NCBI GenBank assembly: GCA_963514005.1
Contig: OY740801.1
Span: forward strand, 23,312,001 to 23,376,000
Direction of reading: 5' to 3'
Length of the DNA: 64,000 nucleotides
Origin: Raja brachyura
Taxonomy: Eukaryota
Shown here one piece after another: positions 40,363 to 50,921 of the stretch. The notes beneath the pieces were generated by a model. It was not told the DNA's origin. It saw nothing but the letters and a program-made list of their open reading frames with translations, and ran no database searches. Made by a program: the position numbers and the translations under genes. Position 1 is the stretch's first letter. The number at the start of each line of letters is the position of its first letter.

Positions 40363-42825
40363 TCTTTTATAAAGATCTCAATCCCGTTTAGAACGCTCCT
40401 TGAACAGCAAGTAATGAACACCATTCATTGGAAAGATTTCCTTTCAACTACATTGTGCCAATGAAAACAAATTTTCTCTGACCCTGTATAAGGGCGCCTT
40501 GACGTTCCTACCCGAGGAATTACCTGCATCCAATTTCCCCCCGTATTATTTAAACTCATTCTGAACAGAAAGATTCCTGCGCACAATGGCCATTACACAC
40601 CATGCTACATGTTGTCAAGTTTGCTACAGTCAGGCATTCAATATTTAAAACGGGATGTGATGGAGGAACCCATTTCCTCCTTGTATGCCAAGTTCTTATA
40701 CATATGCATCAGATACAAATACATATTGTATTCAAGGCTAAGCTTCTCAGTCAGGATATCGTTGAAGGCCAAAAACTAGTTACACTTATACTTGAAGCAA
40801 GAAATAAAGTAGTCCTTGATAATGGCACTACCTCCCACTTCTGTTCACCTCAGGAAACTCCCATATTTTAATTTTTTGACAACGTTTGTCACAACCACCC
40901 CACAATTGTTCAAAAAAAGTGATCTTTGCGGCTTGGTGCACTTTCCCTTCTCAATAGGTCTGCAGTCACTGACACCACCGCAATCTTAAAATGAATCAGG
41001 TTCCATTAAAATGAATCAATAAACGTGACGTTTTCTTATGACCCACAGCTCTGCTGCACATCACCAGTTTCCATCTTCACATCACTACTCATTTCCTGCC
41101 TTAACCCATCTCAGTTTCATGGTCATAAAAACCGAGAATGGAAACACAAACATCTTACTTGCTGCAGATTTATAGGCACATTCAATCACAAATATACAAT
41201 AATCAATAGTACCAAAAATCATCAGTAACTAGTCCAAAACAGTACAAACCAATAGACAGAGTACAATCTTGACAAAAGCCGACAGTAGATCCCTGCCTAG
41301 GTAGGCTTGAGCAAGACCCCAGGCTTGCTGATGAAACCTTAATCCATGTTTGATACTCATCTTATTCCCAGCAGTTCTCCCATCCACTAACTCCAGATTT
41401 ATTCAAGATTCACTACGTAATGTAATACAGTTAATCTGCATTTAATTCAGTGCAGGTTATCTTTAAAATGTTGTATGTTCAAGCCTCCACACCCTCAAAG
41501 TCATAAAGATCCTCCAGGCCCTTTCTCACCACCAATCATCCCACCTCCTATCTGCCAAATGTATTTAGCAACACGAGATTAGAAATTACAAAGCCACTTC
41601 TACAGGCAGCATCTTTCAGAACAACAACGATTCACCGAGGCAACCAGCAAGCAAAACCTGCAAACCACTGCTGACAGAGCTAATTACAAGCAGACAGATG
41701 CCATTGAAGATTTAATTATATTTAGGAAGGACAGTGTATCAGAGGCATGTCAAAGATACATGTAATCCCATGTTGCAGATTTAGACACAAATTTGCGTAC
41801 TGAACTAGTTTATTTTCAAGAATGGAATCTCAACCAATTGGATAAATAATACATTGTGATTTATCTATATACATATAGATTGCGACAATCTATAGTGTCA
41901 AAGTGTCATAGCACACACAAACAAGGCTCTTCTGCACCAATTATTAGGCAGCAATACCCCATCTCACAAATCTACAATCAACAAAAAGGTTTTCCTTTGG
42001 TATAAACGACATTGTCCTCGAAGTGTAGGTAAACGGTTATTAGTACTTCCTCAAAACATAGCATCCACTTTCCATTTTAAGAAAGTGGGAAGCTTTTGAG
42101 TCCAACTCCACCCACAGCATTGCTTACATTTGCGCCATGTTAAATTAGCCTTCTCCCGTTAATAATGAGTGTGGCCTCAGGAATGTGCTCAATTTTAAGC
42201 GTTATCCCTCCTGCCCCAGGGAACAGAACCCGTACCAATGCGCTCGAGTTTCAAGAAGGGAAACCCTCTTTAGTTGATCCCAAGTTTCAACGATGATGCC
42301 TCATTCGTTTACGTAGTTTCTGGAGCTGAACACCAGGGTGAGACCCAGGGATGGGGAAGGAGGGACACAGTATTCGCGCAGATATCTCACGTGACCAGCC
42401 CGCATTTGGACGAAAAACACAAAACGACAGCGGTTTTACAGAAAACATCCTTCCATCAAATCTTCTAACGCAAGACTGTATGGAAGAAACCAAGATTCAA
42501 GAGTTCCCGACCAAAATAAGATGATTTGGTTTATCTAAATCTTGCAGCAATGACCTAAATAACTCGCTGGAAGCCTAACAAAACATGAGTCAAGCACCTT
42601 TTATAGCTCGGTACGGATGTGTCATTTATCTCATCTCGCCACCTTAATCATAAACCTCCCGTTATATCTTATCGTTGTGCTTCTCATTTTGATGGCCGGA
42701 TTGTTTAATCTGACTGAAGTTATCCGTTGTGTAGAGGAAGGTGAATCCTTCCATGATATCAGCAGAACAATGATCTGCGAGTTTTCTCCGCCTCCCACAC
42801 ATTCACATCACGCTGTCACCCTTAC

Positions 42826-43077
42826 CTGTTCCGCGCCGTAGCTGCTGGCGATCTGGCAGAAATCCTCCAGCCGGATGAGTCCTTCCCCGGCCAGGTCAAA
42901 CATGTCGAACACCACCCGCAGCCTCTCGCACTCTCCCGGCTCAAAGCACGGGCTCTCGCCCCCCTCGGGCCCGGGGGACTGACAATCAATCCCCGGGCTT
43001 TCGTCCCCCTCGGGCCGTAGGAACTGGCACTCAATCCCCGGGCTCATGTCCCTCTCCAGCCCGGGGGCAAGCTCCAT
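42826..43077 (-). CDS. RAB11FIP3: RAB11 family-interacting protein 3, coding exon 1 (N-terminus + first EF-hand)
   Basis: ATG (ggcATGG) at 43077. Reads MELAPGLERD...RLRVVFDMFDLAGEGLIRLEDFCQIASSYGAEQ, then donor CAG|GTAAG at 42825. Matches the FIP3 motif RLRAVFDALD.DG.GFVRIEDF...YGAEQ. Lies in a CpG island, downstream of DECR2 as in human. Confidence 0.93.
42950..43068 (-). repeat. 45-bp coding tandem repeat (15 aa x ~2.6) in RAB11FIP3 exon 1
   Basis: TCAATCCCCGGGCT at 42986 and 43031; peptide ERDMSPGIECQFLRP/EGDESPGIDCQSPGP/EGGESPCFE. Confidence 0.85.
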
Positions 43078-43106
43078 GCCCGGTGCGGCGCCGCTCCGAT
43101 CCCCGT

Positions 43107-43130
43107 TCACTGGGGATCGGGGCGATCCAT
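43107..43130 (-). other. uORF (MDRPDPQ*) in RAB11FIP3 5'UTR
   Basis: gaaATGG strong Kozak context; out of frame with the main ORF; stop lies 30 nt upstream of the main ATG. Confidence 0.6.
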
Positions 43131-43719
43131 TTCGGCGCCGGTCACCGGGCTCGGTTCGGTCTCCACCCACCCCTCACTGCGGGCCCTGGGCTCCTCACTC
43201 TGCTTCCCGGCGCTGACCCCCGTACTCGCCCGGCGGGCGGGCGGGCCCCGGTCTTCTCCCCCCCTGCCCACCACCCCCCTCACGCTCGCTCAGCGGGACC
43301 CCGGGCCTCCCTCCCTCACTTGGTGGGCCCGGCCTCTGCTCTCGGTCTGTGTGCCTCGGCCCCCGGCCTCTCCCGTTCGCTGGGCCGGCCCCGGGCCTGT
43401 TTCCCCGCACGGCGGCCACCCCCGGCCTCTCTCCCTCGCTCCCCTCAGTCGCTCCCCCGGCAGCTCCGCGCCGCCATCACTCGACTCGCGATGACGTAAC
43501 CCGTCTCCCGGCGCGCCCGCGCGGCCCTGGAGACGCTGCATAGCAACCGTGCGCCGCATGCGCGGCCGGCCGCTGCCACTGCGCGTGCGCGTTGCTAACA
43601 GGCGGGGGTTGGGCTTGGCTGCTATGCGCGTGCGACCCGGCGGCGGGATAATGCACTCCCCCAAATAATGCAACGCCAGCACGGCGATATTTAAACAATG
43701 CATTGACTACCTCTCTCCC

Positions 43720-44175
43720 TGCAGAAGAGTCCTAACCCGAAACGTCGTCTATCGACCTAGAAACAAAGAACTGTAGATGTCGGTTTATCCCACACAAGGT
43801 GCTGAAGTATTCAGTCTTTCCAATATCCTGGCCACGTAGCATCGCTGGAGGAATAACTAGGTGTCATTTTTCTCCAGAGTTTCTGCCCGGCATCCAGCAC
43901 TTTGTGTTTATTGCCGCCTATCCACGTTCTTCACATATATATGCTCCCTGATCATCTGAGTTACTCCGGCACTTTGTGTTTGTTCTTGTAAACCAGCATT
44001 ATGTAGTTTCTATGCGGAGGAAGGAACTGGAGATGCTGGTTTAAACCGAAGATAGACACAAAATGCTGTACTGAAGAAGGGTCTAGACCCGATACGTCAC
44101 CTATTTATTCTTTGCAGAGATTCTGCCTGCCTGATGAGTTACACCAACATTGTGTCTATCTTCGGTAGTTTCTAC
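43720..44175. mobile_element. Cluster of 3-4 Penelope-terminus mini-elements abutting the CpG island
   Basis: Multiple core and arm copies in both orientations; the youngest (44013-44164) has TSD GTAGTTTCTA at 44003-44012 and 44165-44174. Confidence 0.75.
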
Positions 44176-45020
44176 ATTGTTGTGCTCTCGAAAGATAACT
44201 TCCCAAATATATTTAACGTGGATACCAAGATATCCGCACAAATGCACGTCGACTACCGTTAAGTGACCGCTTCCCAATAGAAAAAGTACCAGTATAAGTT
44301 GGGTGAATCAGTCGCATCGCATATTCGCGGCAACTGGCTAAATTAAAAGACACCAACAAACTCCGTACAACGCAAACTCAAATATCTGCAGGTGCTACCA
44401 ATTTGAAGCAAAAGCAGAGAAAATACTGGAAGCACGCGGCAGCTCCTGTAGAGAGAGAAACATAGCTAACATTGCAGGTCGAAGGCCCTTCTTCAAAACT
44501 GGGAGAGGGAAATAGTTGTAAGAAGGATGGAGTCGAGAGGGAAATGGATGGGACGAGGTCAGGATTACCCACAAGATCCCAACACAAGCGTGTCTGTGTG
44601 GGGAAATCAGTGCCCAGCCTCTTATTGCTTCCTCACACGACTAAAGGACGCGCCAAGTCAACTAAGCACAGTGCAGGCAAGTTAAAGCGAAGCCCGATGG
44701 CGGCTTCTACCTCTGGTGCGTTGCAATTGTCCATCGAATAGACCGGGAACCCGACGTTGCCGATGGGAGGGCAGATGCTGAGGAACGGTTCACCTTGTGG
44801 TTCTCCGGGGCTGAACCGATGAACAGGTCAATAGAAGGCCTGGAGTGGCAACGCCCACTGCCCTTCTTTAGGAAACGTCTCAACAAATAACAAAAGGAAA
44901 TTCAAACCAAGTGGCAAAGCTCAATACCAAAACCGATTAAAAACAAAGACGCCAAACATTCACCTGGAACAAAGCCATAATGTCACCAAGAAGGACAGGC
45001 GCCAGGTGAAGAATTAAGCC

Positions 45021-45110
45021 GGGGGTTACACAAAAAGCTGGAGAAACTCAGCGGGTGCAGCAGGAGCGAAGGAGATAGGCGCCGTTTCGGGTCGAGACCC
45101 TTCTTCAGCG
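45021..45110 (-). mobile_element. Penelope-terminus mini-element
   Basis: Reverse complement CTGAAGAAGGGTCTCGACCCGAAACGG; TSD ATTAAGCC at 45013-45020 and 45111-45118. Confidence 0.8.
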
Positions 45111-45129
45111 ATTAAGCCCCCCGCCGCCG

Positions 45130-45380
45130 CTGTCATTGGCTAACAAGGAACAGGTTGCTTTGCTTTCATTGATCGAGCTGGAGGCCGTGGTCGAACTTAG
45201 TCCTGATTTCACTGGCCGAGCCGAAGATCCTGATTTCATTGGCTGAGCTGGAGGGTCCTCATTTCACTGGCCGAGCCGAAGATCCTGATTTCATTGGCTG
45301 AGCTGGAGGGTCCTGTGAGTTTTGACGAAAGGTCACCCCTGCTTTCATTGGCGATGAGGCAATCTTTCACTGATTGGTCG
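45130..45380. promoter_or_regulatory. Tandem CCAAT-box (ATTGG) array including a 55-bp x2 repeat
   Basis: ATTGG at 45135, 45238, 45293, 45347, 45373 and ACTGG variants at 45211, 45266. A 55-bp unit (27+28 subunits) repeats across 45201-45315. Confidence 0.55.
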
Positions 45381-47093
45381 TGTTGGAGGAGACAGACCAT
45401 GACTTCCATTAGTTGGGATGGAGGTTTGCTGAGACACTCCTGTCCTGGCGCCGCTGGGTTGGGCGACGGGTTGCTCGCTCGTACCTGGCGGATAATTTTC
45501 CTCCAGCACTTAGTGTCCACGCACCTGACCTGCTCGGTGGGCGGGCCAAACTCTCCTAACCGAAGGCACAATGCTGCTTATCTGGACATCATCAGTAGAG
45601 CGTGGTTCCTGATGGCTGGCAGCTCTTCCCCGTCCTGGCTTCTCGTGGTCCATATCCATGCGCTTATCTAAAAGCTTCTTAAACACCACACCTGGCAGCA
45701 CGTCCCAGGCACCTACCGTAAAATAACGTTGCCCCACTCACCGAAAAGGTATGCCCTCTAATCTTTGACATTTCCACCCTTTGACAAACATTCTGACCTG
45801 TCAACCCCGTCTACATATCATCATTTTATGTTCTTTGTTCCTCGTTTGTTTGTTGGCATTTACACTGCTTCAGAAACTCAGACTCAGCAAATTTCATATG
45901 GATCCTCTCCAAAATCAAAAGCTGTAAGATTCCATCATCTCAGAACCTTCTGCCGGATTATCTAATTCACGTTTTATCACATTTCTTTTGGGAGATATAT
46001 TTTACTTAAATCCTTAATAGAGTCTGAAGGAAGAAAACCGCAAAAGTTGTCTGTCCATTCCCTCCACTGATGTTGCCTAACAATTGATTTCCTCCAGCAC
46101 TTCGTGTTTTGCTACATGTCTGCCCAGCGTTTCAAGATCCGTTTAAAAGTTACGTTGCACCATTTATGGACACAGGTAACTAATGACATTCTTGTCCAAC
46201 CTGTTGCCTGGTTAAGGTTCATCGATGGGTTCCTCCGGTTCTCCACCTAACACACGTGATGGATGTTGACCAAAACACCCACCCATTAATTCATCCCTGG
46301 GGTGGTCAGTGATTTTCTGAATCATTGGTTCTGCTCTTGACTGACTGCCTTGTACCATCATTACTGAATAACTCTCCCAATCTACCACAATTATTTCCTG
46401 TGTCCCTTTATTTGCTTCCAATCTATTTCATCAAATTATTTATTTCTAATGATGACAGAGACCTTGGAGATTAATCTTTTCCCTTTTTGCAGATGTTAAT
46501 CAACATGCTAACATTTCCAGATTTGATTTCTGGTTGCCAGATCTGTGCTATTTTATATTCTTAAACTTCAGAATCATACAGCACAGACGTAGGCCCTTTA
46601 ACCCAACTAGTCCATGCCCTCCAAGTTGTCTACCTGAGCTAGTCCCATTTGCATGTATTTGGTCCATATCCCTCTAACCTGTTGCTATCTATTTGTTGTT
46701 CAAATGCTGTTTAAATATTATTATTGTGCCTGCCTCAACTACTTTCTCTGGCAGCTACTCCCTCAGTGTGAAAAAGGTGCCTCTCGGATCCCGTTTAAAT
46801 CTTTCCCGTCTCACTTCAAACCTGTGCCCTCTAGTTATATACTCCCCTTTCCTGGAAAAAAAAGCTGCCACAAGGTTTTGCTGAAAGTTGGTTTATCTTT
46901 TCAATCTGTATTCCAATATTTTGGCAATGACTAAGATTTCTCAGTGGCTTGGAGCAAAGCCACATCTTGTTTTGATCACCAAAGAATATCCTTGGGGAAT
47001 CCTAAATAATTTTAGAGCAATTGGAACAGCAATAAAGTACACACTTGTTTCATAAGGAAGAATTTGAATTTCTATCACCTCTTTCAAGATGTA

Positions 47094-49415
47094 CAGTGCC
47101 CTCCATAATGTTTGGGAAAAATACCCATAATGTATTTATTTACCTCTGTACTCCACAATTGGAGATTTGTCATAGAAAAAATCACATGTGGTTGAAGTAA
47201 TACAGAGGCTACACTGCAAGATGTAAACCACTGGTTTGCTGCAAAAATACGATGACTTGGTTACAGTTTGCCAAGAGGTACTTAAAAGAGCAACCACAGT
47301 TCTGGAAAAAGGTCTTGTGGACAGATGAGGCGAAGATTAACATATATAAGAATGATGGCAAGAGCAAAGTATAGAGGAGAGAAGGAACTGCCCAAGATCC
47401 AAAGCAAACCACTTCATCTGTGAAATACGATGGTGGGGTTGTTATGTCCTGGGCATGTATGGCTGCTGAAGGTACTGGCTCACTTATCTTCATTGATGAT
47501 ACAACTGCTGATGGCAGTAGCATAATGAATTCTGAAGTGTTAAGACACATTCTATCTACTCAAATTCAAACAAATGCCTCAAAACTCATTGGCCAGCGGT
47601 TCATTCTACAGCAAGACAATGATCCCAAACATACTGCTGAAGCAACAAAGGAGTTTTTCAAAGCTAAAAAATTGTAAATTCTTTAGTGGCCAAGTCAATC
47701 ACCTGATCCGAACCCAATTGAGCATGCCTTTTATATGCTGAAGAGAAAACTGAAGGGTGCTAGCCCCCAAACAAGCATAAGCTTCAGATGGCTGTAATAC
47801 AGGCCTGGCAGAGCATCACCAGAGAAAACACCCAGCAACTGGTGATGTCCAAGAATCGCTGACTTCAAGCAGCCATTCCATGCAAAGGATATCAAGAGTC
47901 ACAGTGTTTTATTGTCATATGTCCCAGATAGGACAATGAAATTCTAGCTTGCTGCAGCGCAACAGAATATGTAAACATAGTACATAACGTGATAAAAAAA
48001 GTTCAGTGTGCAATGTATAAAAAAAGTACACATACACACATACTCAATAAATAAACAAATATAGTGCAATAATAATAATAGTCTGTTGTAGTTCAGAGCT
48101 TATTTGTTGTCATGTTTAATATCCTGATGGCTGTAGGGAAGACGCTGTTCCTGAACCTGGACGTTATTGTTTTCAGGCTCCTGTACCTTCTTCCCGATGG
48201 CAATGGTAAAATGTGTGTGACCAAGATGGTGTGGGTCTTTGATGATGTTGGCTGCCTTTTTGAAGCAGTGACTTCGATAGATCCCTTCGATGGTGGGGAG
48301 GTCAAAGCCAGTGATGGACTGGGCAGTGGTCAAAACCTTTTGCATTCTTTTCTGCTCCTGGACATTCAAGTCGCCAAAACAGGTCCGGATGCAACCAGTC
48401 AGTACGCTCTTCGACTGTGCACCTGTAGAAATTTGAGAGAATCTTCCTTGACATAGCGAGTCTCCCTAATCTTCTCAGGAAGTAGAGGCGCTATGTGCCT
48501 TCTTTATAATTGCATCAGTGTGCTGGGTCAAGGAAAGATCTTTGGAAATATGCACGCCCAGGAATTTCTTGACCCTCTCCACCATCGTCCCATTGATATA
48601 AACAGGATTGTGTGTCCTCATCCTTCCCCTTTCAAAGTCCGCAATCAGCTCCTTGGTTTTACTGATGTCGAGAGCCAGGTTGTTGTGCCGGCACCATTTG
48701 GTCAATCGGTCGATGTCACTACTATACTCTGACTCATCACTATCTGTAATTCGTCCAACAACAGTGGTGTCATTGGTGAACTTGATGATGGAGTTCGCAC
48801 TAAGTCCGGCTACACAGTCATGGGTATAGAGTGAGTAAAGCAGGGGGCTGAGCACACATCCTTGAGGTGCTCCCGTACTAATTGTTACTGAGTGTGAAGT
48901 GTTACTGCCAATTCGAACAGGCTTTAGTCTGTGGTTGAGGAAGTCGTGGATCCAATTGCAGAGGGATGTGCAGAGGCCCAATTCAGTGAGCTTGGTAACC
49001 GGCTTGGAGGGGGTGATAGTAATGAACGGCGAGCTGTAGTCTATAAACAACAGCCTGACGTAAATGTTTTTATTGTCCAAGTGGTCCAATGCGGAGTGGA
49101 GAGCCAGTGAGATCGCATCCTCTGTTGACCTGTTGTGGCGGTAGGCGAACAAAATACTAAAATTACTATTTTCAGCTACATGACATTGCTGTGTCCCAAA
49201 CATTATGGTGTCCTGAAATGGGGGGACTATGTATAAACACTGCTGTAATTTCTACATGGTGAAACCAAAATGTATAAAAATGGCCTTTATTTAGATCTGA
49301 CAATGTGCACTTTAACCACATGTGATTTTTTTACTATTACAAATCTCACATTGCGGAGTACACAGGCAAATAAATAAATGATGGGTCTTTGTCCCAAACA
49401 TTATGGAGGGCACTG
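47094..49415 (+). mobile_element. Different Tc1 family (DD34E), internally deleted, interrupted by a Rex1 LINE
   Basis: TA|CAGTGCCCTCCATAATGTTTGGGA...TCCCAAACATTATGGAGGGCACTG|TA. Motifs LWTDEAK, QQDNDPKH and WPSQSPDPNPIE with 34 residues between D and E. N-terminal DNA-binding domain is missing. Confidence 0.93.
47892..49148 (-). mobile_element. Rex1/Babar LINE, 5'-truncated, nested in Tc1
   Basis: RT: [41 protein letters not shown](A)DDT; C-terminal LPSGRRYRS...RFRNSVFPTAI. Confidence 0.93.
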
Positions 49416-50921
49416 TAGTTTACCTGTGTTTTTTAACGTCATTTTATGAGAAACCACATAGAAGTTTGCACACACAATTGCATGGGGTTGTAGATTTACA
49501 TGGAATGAGTAAGGAAGGAATTTAGGAATAATCAAGTCTTTTGCAGATTGGCAGACTGCCATTACAGTGCAGTTCTACAAAGATCAATGCAGCATGAAGA
49601 AAAACTGCAGTCGCAAGAAATCTGAAATAAAAGTAGACAATATCGTAACTCTCAAAATGTCAGGCAGCTTCTGTGGAAATAGGAACAGAGTTATTTCAGG
49701 TCAAAGAGTGAGAATAAAAGCTGCAGGAGAAACACATTCCCTCCGCAGATGCTGCCTGACCCGCTGAGTTCCTTCAGCGCTTAATTTTATTATTCAAAAT
49801 TCCAGCAACTGCAGTTTCTAGTTTCTCCACTTCAGGCCGAAGACCTCTTTTCAGGAAAGTGAGAAAATTAGTTAGTTTCCAGTTGCAGAGAAAGATTATG
49901 CAAGGAAGGAGGAAATGGGTAAGTCAAAGGGAATACCTCTGATAGGGTTTCTGATATCTGGTGCAAGTCCTAATTTGATGCCCTACAAAGCAAGAAAGGA
50001 GAGTGAACTGTGAGGGATCAAAAAGTCCGGAATGTGGCATGGACACATTAAACGAGTGAGCAACAAGTTTGCAAAAAGAGCATAATATTGGAAAATGTGT
50101 GATTATTCACTTTGCTAAGAAGAGGTATACAATATTTTGAAAAGCTGAGAAATGAGTTGATGTACTGTGGGATCTTCTTATGTTGTGAAATGAAATGTAG
50201 AACGTTTACACACAGGTAGAGCTAATAATTAGGACAAAGACTGCATTAATCTTCATCGCACAGGGTTGGAGTACATTAGTAAGGATTTATTGTAGCTGTA
50301 CATGGCATTGATGTGACCACAGATGGAGAACTGAGAGTCGATTTAATCTCTCTACTGATGGAAGAATACGGAAGGAGGCGAGCAAAGGTGTGAAGGGATT
50401 CTAGAACCAGGAAACAGAATACCAAGATGAGGGTGACACAAGGAACTGCAGATGCTAAAATCTTAAACAGTTTCCTTGAGTAACTCAGCAGCATCTGTGG
50501 AGGGAATGGACAGATAACATTTCAGGTCAGGACCCATTGCAATAGCTCAACCCAATAGCTCTCACCTATCCATCCCCTCCAATAATTGGCACATTATCAA
50601 TTCATGAGGAATGTTTTGCAATCAGTGGGTGGTTGGGGTGTGGAGTATCAGGGGCAGTAATGTACTCAAATTCACATTTACTCAGAGCACATTTATAAGG
50701 TTCTTAAATGAAATAATTTGCAGGGCTCTGGGACAAGAGCAAGGAAGTGGGACTCGATGGTTCGTGTTGCACATCACCACTATAGCACAGTACACCTCTT
50801 ACAACTGTGATTTCATGATCTTCTATTGTACAACTAACTAGTGTTTGAATTGCAGTCACTGTAATATGGCTGTCATTAAATACAATCCAAAAATGAACTG
50901 GCAGTGATACTGAAGGAGATA

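Larger units (their letters stand above)
42780..43700 (-). promoter_or_regulatory. CpG island / RAB11FIP3 promoter and 5'UTR
   Basis: Very GC- and CpG-rich against a CpG-poor background. Contains CRE-like TGACGTAA (~43492), NRF1-like GCGCATGCGC/GCGCGTGCGC variants (43550-43590), RFX half-sites TAGCAAC/GTTGCTA (43541, 43591) and a GC box (~43601). Confidence 0.85.

Noticed and set aside
43078-43170. GTG-initiated N-terminal extension of FIP3
   Set aside because: An in-frame TGA lies just upstream (43174-76) and the ATG at 43077 has a strong Kozak context; nothing supports a non-AUG start.
43083-43703. Several 70-138 aa Pro/Arg/Gly-rich ORFs
   Set aside because: Expected artefact of stop-poor CpG-island sequence; no domain is recognisable.
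45201-45315. CRISPR-like array
   Set aside because: The units are adjacent tandem duplications with repeated rather than unique spacers; vertebrate context with no cas genes.
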